A program made the translations under genes and the position numbers. This document shows positions 7,548 to 14,890 of a stretch of 64,000 nt of DNA, piece by piece. Numbering within the stretch: the stretch's first letter is position 1; the number at the start of each line of letters is the position of its first letter. The notes beneath the pieces were generated by a model. The model was given only the letters and a program-made list of their open reading frames with translations. It ran no database searches and had not been told where the DNA came from. The stretch spans positions 1,027,220 through 1,091,219 of the forward strand of contig JAUHXU010000003.1 in NCBI GenBank assembly GCA_030426805.1, given 5' to 3'. The stretch comes from a bacterium (GTDB lineage Bacteria; Planctomycetota; JAFGQW01).

Positions 7548-9805
7548 TCGGCAACGTGCGGCGATTCATCGACGGCATCCTCGCGTCCGGCACCGGCGAG
7601 TCCCGCCGCCCGACGTTCGATGCGAACAACGAGTCCAACGTCCCCGGCATGTTCGTGATCGGCGACCTCGCCGGCGCGCCGGTGATCAAGATGGCGATGG
7701 ACCAGGGCTTCTCGGTGATCGAGCACATCGCCGGCTTGCCCGACGGCAAGGGCGACGATCCGGCGATGCTCGACGTCGTGATCGTCGGCGCCGGTGCCGC
7801 GGGGCTCAACGCCGCGCTGCAAGCGAAGGCACGCGGCCTCTCCTACGTCGTGCTCGAGAAGGAGAAGGTCGCGAACACGATCGAGAACTTCCCCGAGGGC
7901 AAGTACGTCTACGCCGAACCCGACACCGTGCCGCCGAAGGGCAAGCTGTGGCTCGACGGCGCGACGAAGGAAGAGCTCCTCGAGCGCTGGCACGCGATCA
8001 TCCGCGACAACGACCTCGACGTTCGCACCGAGGAGCCGGTCGACGCGATCGCGAAGCGCGACGGCGGCTTCGAGGTCCGCAGCGCGAACGAGACGTATCG
8101 CGCGCGCCGGATCGTCATCGCGGTCGGCCAGCGCGGCAACCCGCGCAAACTCGGCGTTCCCGGCGAGGAGCGCGAAGGGGTCTACCACCGCCTCTACGGA
8201 CCACGCCAATACGAGGGCGAGACGATCGTCGTCGTCGGCGGCGGCAACAGCGCGATCGAGGCGGCGCTGACGCTCGCGGAACGCAACAAGGTCACGCTCA
8301 GCTACCGCGGCGACGCGTTCAAGCGCGTGTTCAAGGACAACGAGCGCAAGCTCGACGCTGCAGTCGAGGCCGGCGCGATCGAGGTCGTGTTCGAGTCGAA
8401 CGTGACGTCGTTCGGCGACGGCATCTACGAACTCGAGCGCAACGGCTCGGTCGAGACCCGCGACTACGACCACGCGTTCGTGCTGATCGGCGCGGAACTG
8501 CCGGTGAAGTTCCTCCGCGCGATCGGCATCCGGCTCGAGAACGAGTGGCACGGCAACTTCTGGCGCGCGACCGGGCTCGCCGCGGCGACGCTCGTCGCCG
8601 TGTGGCTCGTGCACCGGCTGCTCGGCGCACCGACCGGCGTGCAGTGGCTGCCGCTCGGCACGCTTGCGGCCGGGACCGGCGCACTCGTCGCGCTCGGCTT
8701 CCGCGGGGATCGCTACGCGTGGCTCGGCGTGTCGTTCCTCGCGTGGTTCACGATCTACGGCGCGAAGACCGGCGACGGCGCCGAGTTCTGGCCGTTCACC
8801 GGCTGGGGCTACGCGACGCTGAGCTTCCTCGACCGCCCGTGGGCGTTCTGGTACACCGTGCTCTACACCGCGCTGATGACGATCTTCGGCGTGCAAGCCG
8901 TCCGACGCTGGGGGTTCGACAAGCGCGACACGTTCCAGATCTGGCGCTTCGTGTCGCTGCTCTCGTTCCAGTGGATCTTCTTCTTCGTGATCCCGGAGTT
9001 CCTGTTCCAGTACGCGGTCGAGTATCGCTGGGTGGGCGAGCGGATCGCGACCGACCCGGCATTCGCCGGCCAGGCGTGGCGCAGCTACGGGCTGATCTAC
9101 GCGTGGCCGCTCTTCTTCTACACGTTCTTCTACGACCCGCACTGGGTGTGGGTCGTGTGGGGCGTGTTCCTGACGTTCGTGCTGATCCCGATCTTCGTGC
9201 TGTTCCACGGCAAGCGCTACTGCTCGTGGATCTGCGGCTGCGGCGGGCTGGCCGAGACGTTCGGCGACCGGTGGCGGCACCTCGCACCGAAGGGCAAGAC
9301 CGCGGTCCGTCTCGAATCGATGAACCTGTGGGTGCTCGTCGCCGCGACCGCGATCACCGCCGGCGTGCTGCTCAAGGACGTCATGGCCCTGATCGCCGGC
9401 CCGGCCGACGTCGCGCTCGGCGTCTACAAGGTGCTCGTCGACGTGTGGCTCGTCGGGATCCTGCCGGTCACGCTCTACCCGTTCCTCGGCGGCAAGGTGT
9501 GGTGCCGCTACTGGTGCCCGCTCGCGAAGTTGATGGGGCTGATCAGCGCGTGGGTCGGCAAGTTCCGGATCCGCGCGAACGACAAGTGCATCGCGTGCGG
9601 CGAGTGCACGCGCTACTGCCAGGTCGGCATCGACGTGATGAGCTACGCGCTCAAAGAGGACACGCTGACGAACGCGAACTCGTCGTGCATCGGCTGCGGG
9701 ATCTGCGTGACCGCGTGCCCGATGGACGTGCTCTCGTTCGGGCCGGATCCCGAATCGGGACGCGAAGCGGGAAAGTCCGACGCGGTCGGTCGGCAAATGA
9801 CCTAA
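7544..9805 (+). CDS. FAD/NAD(P)-dependent oxidoreductase fused to a polytopic 4Fe-4S (NapH/CcoG-like) membrane domain and a 2x[4Fe-4S] ferredoxin domain
   Basis: VVIVGAGAAGLNAA and IVVVGGGNSAIE are dinucleotide-binding motifs. CSWICGCGGLAE is present. CIACGECTRYCQ and CIGCGICVTACP are ferredoxin motifs. The ATG at 7544 overlaps the upstream stop. Confidence 0.8.
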   Translation: MIGNVRRFIDGILASGTGESRRPTFDANNESNVPGMFVIGDLAGAPVIKMAMDQGFSVIEHIAGLPDGKGDDPAMLDVVIVGAGAAGLNAALQAKARGLSYVVLEKEKVANTIENFPEGKYVYAEPDTVPPKGKLWLDGATKEELLERWHAIIRDNDLDVRTEEPVDAIAKRDGGFEVRSANETYRARRIVIAVGQRGNPRKLGVPGEEREGVYHRLYGPRQYEGETIVVVGGGNSAIEAALTLAERNKVTLSYRGDAFKRVFKDNERKLDAAVEAGAIEVVFESNVTSFGDGIYELERNGSVETRDYDHAFVLIGAELPVKFLRAIGIRLENEWHGNFWRATGLAAATLVAVWLVHRLLGAPTGVQWLPLGTLAAGTGALVALGFRGDRYAWLGVSFLAWFTIYGAKTGDGAEFWPFTGWGYATLSFLDRPWAFWYTVLYTALMTIFGVQAVRRWGFDKRDTFQIWRFVSLLSFQWIFFFVIPEFLFQYAVEYRWVGERIATDPAFAGQAWRSYGLIYAWPLFFYTFFYDPHWVWVVWGVFLTFVLIPIFVLFHGKRYCSWICGCGGLAETFGDRWRHLAPKGKTAVRLESMNLWVLVAATAITAGVLLKDVMALIAGPADVALGVYKVLVDVWLVGILPVTLYPFLGGKVWCRYWCPLAKLMGLISAWVGKFRIRANDKCIACGECTRYCQVGIDVMSYALKEDTLTNANSSCIGCGICVTACPMDVLSFGPDPESGREAGKSDAVGRQMT

Positions 9806-9872
9806 CGAGGCGGCGGATCGCGATTTGGCGGTCAAGCACCGCCCGCGTCCGGTCGATTCTCTCAGTAGGTTT

Positions 9873-11834
9873 ATGTGCCCTCAAAAAATTGACTCTGCGG
9901 CGACGCCGTCGTCTGAACGCGCAAAGGCCCCGTCCGTGCTCGCGGTGGCGCTCGAACCGGCGGTCCGCGGCATCCTGGAGCGCCAGATGAGCGCGGTGGG
10001 GCTGCACCCCGGCGCGGTCGACGAGGTCGGGACCCTCGACGAGGCGGTGGCGCGCGACCGCGCGTTCGACGTCGTCGTCGCCGACCTCGACCGATGCGGT
10101 GCACGGACGACGGACGCGGCGCACGCGCTGCTCGGCGCCTACCCGGACGCGCTGCTGCTCGCGATCACCGTCGACCCGGCGGCCGTCGGGCCGTTCCCCG
10201 AGACCGAGCGCGTCTTCTGCGTGACCCCCGACCGGCTCGAGTCGTTCGTCCTGTGGGACACCGTGTGCGACGTGCTCCGCTTCGTCGGGTTCTCGAAGGC
10301 GGTGCGACCCGGCGAGCCGTCGGACACGAGCGAGTTCCGCAAGCTGCTCGAAGCGAGCGCGGACGGGATCGTGATCGTCTCCGGCACCGGCGCGGTTCGC
10401 TACGTGAACCCGCGTGCCCACGGCATCCTCGGCGACACCGACGTCGACGTCGTCGGGCGCGTGCTCGCGACGACGGGCAACAGCGGCGGCACGACCGAAC
10501 TCGAACTCGAGGCGGGGCGCGTCGTCGAGGTCCTCACCGCGACGACGACGTGGGAGCAGCAGCCGGCCTTCATCGCGTCGATCCGCGACGCGACCGCGCG
10601 CAAGCGCACCGAGACCGAGCTGCGCCAGCTCAACCGGCACCTGCAGAAGCTCGCGCACACCGACGCGTTGACCGGGGCGCTGAACCGTCGCGGGCTCGCG
10701 ACCGTCCTCGCGGCCGACCTGTCGGCGAAGCTGCGCACCGCGATCCTGCTCGACCTCGACGACTTCAAGCGCGTCAACGAGGCGCACGGGCACAGCGTCG
10801 GCGACACCGTCCTGGCCGAGGTCGGGCGTGCGATCCGCGATGCGCTGCGCCCGAGCGACCACGTCGCCCGCATCGGCGGCGACGAGTTCCTCGTGCTGAT
10901 CGAGGGCGCCGAGGAGATCGCGGGCACGCGCGCGGCGGAGCGGATTCGCCTCGTCGTCGGGTCGGTGTCGGTGCAGGTCGGCGACGCGTCGGTGCGGCCG
11001 ACCGCGAGCGTCGGCGTGTCGATCCTGCCGACGGGGCCGCGCGCGATCGACGCGATCCTCGAACGCACGCAGGCCACCCTCGCGACCGGCAAGTCCGGGG
11101 GGAAGAACCGGGTCGGGACCGAGGGTGCGCGCAGCGTGATCGCGGAGGTCGTGTCGCGACTGTATCGCGGCGAGGGCATCACCGCGGTCGCGCAGCCGAT
11201 CGTCGACGTGCAGACCGACGCGGTCGTCGGGCACGAGTTGCTGAGCCGCGGCCCCGAGGGCGTGTCCGCGATGCCGCGCGAGCTGTTCCGGCTCAGCAGC
11301 GAGCACGGGATCCTGCGCAGCGTCGACCTGTCGTGCCTCGCGAAGTGTGTCGAGCGGGCCGGCACGATGCCCGGCGACCTCGTCTACCACGTGAACCTCT
11401 ACGGCTCGACGATGCTGAAGACCCCGGTCGACGACCTCGTCCGCATTCTGGACGTCGCGGACGGCGACGCCCGGCGCTACTGCATCGAGGTGTGCGGTGC
11501 GCTCGCGAGCGGCGATCTGTCGCTGCTCGCCGAGCGGGTCGAGCGCATCCGTGCGCGCGGCGTCGCGATCGCGATCGACCTCGAGCCGGAGCGCACGCCG
11601 ATCGACGTCGTGCTGACCCTCGCGCCGGACTTCGTCAAGATCGACCGGCGCTTCACGGTCGCGGCGGCCGCGAATCCCGCGCGCCGTGCGATGCTCGCGC
11701 GACTCGTCGCGATCCTGCGCGACGTCGGCTGCGAACCGATCGCCGAGGGGATCGAGTCCGATGCGGAGCGCGCGGTAGTCGCCGACCTCGGCGTCCGGCA
11801 CGCGCAGGGCTTCTTGTGGGGACGCCCCGCCTGA
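9873..11834 (+). CDS. Receiver-like/PAS/GGDEF/EAL signalling protein
   Basis: RIGGDEFLVL is preceded by an RPSD I-site. EAL-domain motifs GHELLSR, VKIDRRF, AEGIES and QGFLWGRP are present. The PAS-like segment is LLEASADGIVIVSGTGAVRYVNP. An alternative TTG start lies at 9825. Confidence 0.85.
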   Translation: MCPQKIDSAATPSSERAKAPSVLAVALEPAVRGILERQMSAVGLHPGAVDEVGTLDEAVARDRAFDVVVADLDRCGARTTDAAHALLGAYPDALLLAITVDPAAVGPFPETERVFCVTPDRLESFVLWDTVCDVLRFVGFSKAVRPGEPSDTSEFRKLLEASADGIVIVSGTGAVRYVNPRAHGILGDTDVDVVGRVLATTGNSGGTTELELEAGRVVEVLTATTTWEQQPAFIASIRDATARKRTETELRQLNRHLQKLAHTDALTGALNRRGLATVLAADLSAKLRTAILLDLDDFKRVNEAHGHSVGDTVLAEVGRAIRDALRPSDHVARIGGDEFLVLIEGAEEIAGTRAAERIRLVVGSVSVQVGDASVRPTASVGVSILPTGPRAIDAILERTQATLATGKSGGKNRVGTEGARSVIAEVVSRLYRGEGITAVAQPIVDVQTDAVVGHELLSRGPEGVSAMPRELFRLSSEHGILRSVDLSCLAKCVERAGTMPGDLVYHVNLYGSTMLKTPVDDLVRILDVADGDARRYCIEVCGALASGDLSLLAERVERIRARGVAIAIDLEPERTPIDVVLTLAPDFVKIDRRFTVAAAANPARRAMLARLVAILRDVGCEPIAEGIESDAERAVVADLGVRHAQGFLWGRPA

Positions 11835-11854
11835 GCGCGTCCACCCGGGGTAGA

Positions 11855-13192
11855 ATGCGGGGGATGGTTCCCGCACCACTTCGCATCGCGCTCGTCGCGT
11901 TGCTCGTCCCGCTGTTTGCCACGCCTGCCGTGGCCGGCGATCGCGACCCGTCCGCCATCGCGACGTTCCCGAAGCCCGCGACGCTCGATGCGTTGCTCGC
12001 GTTGCCGCCGGAGCGCGTCGACCTCGCCTGGGCGGCGCTGCTCGTCGAGCGTGGACTCGCGCGCGTCGACCGCGAACAGGCGACGTCGATCGTCGACGGG
12101 ATCGCTCGGGGGCTCGCGCCGCGCATCGGTGCGCTGTCCCCGCGGCGCCAGTTGCGGCGCATCGCGTGGACCGTGTTCCGCCGCGAGGGGTTCACGACCC
12201 GCGGCGTCGGCGCGAGTGGGCGGGCGCACTCGTTCGCGAGCACGCTCGCGACACGACGCGGCGTCTGCTACGGGCTGAGCATCCTCGTCGCGGCGGTCGC
12301 GCAGCGGCTGCGGCTGCCGGTGGCACTCGTCGAGGTGCCGGGGCACGTCTACGTGCGTTACGACGACGGCGAGGATCGCTTCAACATCGAGACGACCCGG
12401 CGCGGGGTCGTCCTCGCCGACGACTACTACCGCAAGCAGTACGGTCTGTCGAAGCCCGGCTACGAGCGCGTGCTGACCCGGCACCAGGCGGTCGCGCTCT
12501 TCCTCGTGCAGACCGCTGGTGCGCTCTACGAGATCGGCGACGAGCGCAACGGCAAGGCCGCGCTCGATCGCGCGATCACGGTCGACGGCGTCGCGCCCCG
12601 CGCGTGGTACAAGCTCGGCGTCGTGCGCAGCGCGGGCGGCGATTCCGAGGCGGCGTGCAAGTGCTTCGCGCGGTCGCTGGCGCTCCGGTCGGACGACCCG
12701 GTCGTGTGGGGCGCCAAGGGCGGGCTACTCGTCGACGCCGGACGGAACGTGGAGGCCGACGCTGCGTTCGAGGCGATGCTCGGCGTGCGCGCCGAGTCGT
12801 CGGCGGTGTGGCGGAGTTGCGCCCATTCGCTGCTGATCGACGGCCGGTTCGGCCCGGCGGCGGCGTGCTTCGAGCGCGTCGTGCGCGCCGACGAGGGGCG
12901 TGCGCGGCGCGGGGTGCCGCTCTTGCGTGCGGTGCGCCAGGCGTGTGCGACCGCGCCGTCGGCGACCGCGGACCGGCTCGCGGCGGCGGCGGCGCTCTAT
13001 GCGCTCGGCGAGCTGGCGGGCGTGCGGCGAGTGCTCGCGTCGACCGAGGACGTCACGGCCGCGCGCGCGGTGCTCGCGCGACTCGCGAGCGACGACGACG
13101 CGCGCCGCTTCATCGAGATCGCCGGCGCGTTCTTGCCGGCTACTTCCGCTTCGGACGATCGAGGTCCATCAGGAGCGGGTCGACGCCCTTGA
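11855..13192 (+). CDS. Transglutaminase-like (SirB1/Transglut_core2-type) + TPR protein, secreted
   Basis: Signal VPAPLRIALVALLVPLFATPAVAG. RRGVCYGLSILVAAVAQRLRLPVALVEVPGHVYVRY. TPR-like repeats follow. An alternative ATG lies at 11864. The 3' end overlaps the convergent gene by 53 nt. Confidence 0.7.
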   Translation: MRGMVPAPLRIALVALLVPLFATPAVAGDRDPSAIATFPKPATLDALLALPPERVDLAWAALLVERGLARVDREQATSIVDGIARGLAPRIGALSPRRQLRRIAWTVFRREGFTTRGVGASGRAHSFASTLATRRGVCYGLSILVAAVAQRLRLPVALVEVPGHVYVRYDDGEDRFNIETTRRGVVLADDYYRKQYGLSKPGYERVLTRHQAVALFLVQTAGALYEIGDERNGKAALDRAITVDGVAPRAWYKLGVVRSAGGDSEAACKCFARSLALRSDDPVVWGAKGGLLVDAGRNVEADAAFEAMLGVRAESSAVWRSCAHSLLIDGRFGPAAACFERVVRADEGRARRGVPLLRAVRQACATAPSATADRLAAAAALYALGELAGVRRVLASTEDVTAARAVLARLASDDDARRFIEIAGAFLPATSASDDRGPSGAGRRP

Positions 13193-13622
13193 GCGTCGTG
13201 CCGTCCTTCGTGCGTGCCGTCGGCGCGGCCGGATGGCGCGGGATCGAGTCGGCCTTGATCAGCAGCAACTCGGTGCGGAGCGCGGCGAGCCGGTCGGCGA
13301 TCATCTTGCGGGCACCGCGGTCGGTCTGATCGAGTGACTGTTTGAGCCCGATCTTCGCCTGCTCGATCAGCATCGCGAACTGACCGACCTTCGCGCGATA
13401 CGCTTGCTCGAACTTGCGCTGCTCGTTGCGGATCGCCTCCAGCTGGCGCGTCAGCTCCGTCACGACCGCTTCGTTGTCGGCCTTGTGGCGCAGCTCCATC
13501 GACTCGATCGTCCGGCGCGCGTTCGCGAGCTCCTGACGTGCGATGCGGAGGTCTTCACCGAGCGAGGCGTTGGATGCGCAGCTCCCCATGAAGAGCGCGA
13601 TCCCGATCACGACGAATCTCAT
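13140..13622 (-). CDS. Coiled-coil lipoprotein, hypothetical
   Basis: MRFVVIGIALFMGSC is a lipobox-like signal. The rest is a long helical or coiled-coil sequence. GGAAGG lies 8 nt upstream of the ATG at 13622. Confidence 0.65.
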   Translation of the reverse strand: MRFVVIGIALFMGSCASNASLGEDLRIARQELANARRTIESMELRHKADNEAVVTELTRQLEAIRNEQRKFEQAYRAKVGQFAMLIEQAKIGLKQSLDQTDRGARKMIADRLAALRTELLLIKADSIPRHPAAPTARTKDGTTLKGVDPLLMDLDRPKRK

Positions 13623-13686
13623 CACTCACCTTCCATCCGTGGCGGACCGTCCATGCTACCATGCGATCCGCTGTTCGTGATGGGCC

Positions 13687-14805
13687 GTGCGTGAGGCTAC
13701 TCAGATCGAGAAACCGACCCCCCGTTCCCGACGCATCGCGCGCCGTCTCGTCGTGGTATTGCTCCTCCTCGTCGGGGCCCACTGGCTTGCGGTCACCGCA
13801 CTGACGACCTACGACGGGTGGCGCATCGCCCGGTTCAAGGAGGCGAGCGGCTCGCCGAATCTGCTGCATTTCGCTCGCGGCCGGCTCACCATGTCCTGGA
13901 CCGAAAACGGCTGGGGCCACTGCATTGCAGCGCTGTCCTGCCTGACCGAGGCGACGACCGAGCAGCGGGCGTGGACCGCGGAAGCGGTGGCCGTGCGGGA
14001 GCGCGAACTCGACGCTGCGAGCCGGTCGCTCGAGGCAGCGCGCGCCGTCGGGCGTGCGTGCCCGGTCGTGCGCCGCGAAGACGACTTCCCGGGCTGGCTG
14101 GCCGAACTGCACCAGTTCGCCACGATCTCTGCCGAGTCCGCACGCGCTGCACTCCGCAGGGGTGACGTCGCGCTGGCGGAGCGCCGACTCGACGACGCGT
14201 GGTTCCTGTGCGACCACGCGACAACGCCGCCGAGCTCGGTGCTCATCATCGTGCGCGACACGAGCGAGGCGATGTTCTGTGAGGTGATCGCCGATCACTT
14301 GCAGCGTTGGTCGCCGGCGTTCTTGGACGCGTGCACGACGCATCTCTCGTGGGATTGGAAGACGACGCTCTTCGACGGCCTTCGGGGCGACGTCTACTAT
14401 CAGGCTGCATGGTGGGATCGCGAGTCGCCTCGGCGCGGGTCGCTCGGGTTCTCACCGACCGGACTCGCGGTCGCGTATGAACGGCATCGCCAACTGAGCG
14501 CCGCGCTCGACGCGATCGACGACCCGTTCGCCGCGCCGACCCTGCCGCGTGTGGGGTGGCAGCGCGCGGTGTTCGGCCCTGGGGGCACGTCGGCGATCGG
14601 CTACTACGCGAGACAGCGCGCCGCGAACCGGGCGGTCGTCCGCGAGGCGATTCGGCTCGAGCGCGCGCGTCGCGAGACCGGCACGGTCCCGGCGCCGACG
14701 ACGAAGGTCGGTGGATTCACGATCGCGTCGAAGCAGACGCCGGCCGGCATCGAGCTGACCACGCCGGACGCGAAGCCGTCGATCAAGGTCCTCGTGAAGC
14801 CGTAG
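13687..14805 (+). CDS. Membrane-anchored hypothetical protein
   Basis: GTG start. N-terminal TM RLVVVLLLLVGAHWLAVTAL. The frame has coding-like GC3, but I recognise no family. Confidence 0.55.
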   Translation: MREATQIEKPTPRSRRIARRLVVVLLLLVGAHWLAVTALTTYDGWRIARFKEASGSPNLLHFARGRLTMSWTENGWGHCIAALSCLTEATTEQRAWTAEAVAVRERELDAASRSLEAARAVGRACPVVRREDDFPGWLAELHQFATISAESARAALRRGDVALAERRLDDAWFLCDHATTPPSSVLIIVRDTSEAMFCEVIADHLQRWSPAFLDACTTHLSWDWKTTLFDGLRGDVYYQAAWWDRESPRRGSLGFSPTGLAVAYERHRQLSAALDAIDDPFAAPTLPRVGWQRAVFGPGGTSAIGYYARQRAANRAVVREAIRLERARRETGTVPAPTTKVGGFTIASKQTPAGIELTTPDAKPSIKVLVKP

Positions 14806-14890
14806 CGTCGCCGCCCTTCTTCCCGCGCATGTCGCGCGTTACAATCCGCCCCGGAGTCCGGGCGGAGCGTCCGGCGGGAAGGAAGGTCCG

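Noticed and set aside
7184-9835. 883-aa minus-strand ORF
   Set aside because: It is antisense to the flavoprotein/4Fe-4S oxidoreductase, which has clear cofactor motifs. Its translation is dominated by R/A/D/E/P with no recognisable motif.
9651-11879. 742-aa minus-strand ORF, together with the 1032-aa plus-strand ORF 10094-13192
   Set aside because: The first is antisense to the GGDEF-EAL gene and the second is mostly out of frame with it. Only the last 445 codons of 10094-13192 (from 11855) form the transglutaminase/TPR protein.
13140-13192. The 53-nt convergent overlap of the TPR gene and the lipoprotein gene as a sign of mis-annotation or antisense regulation
   Set aside because: Stop codons are rare in 70% GC DNA, so 3' overlaps of convergent genes are common. 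Nothing else in the sequence supports a special mechanism.
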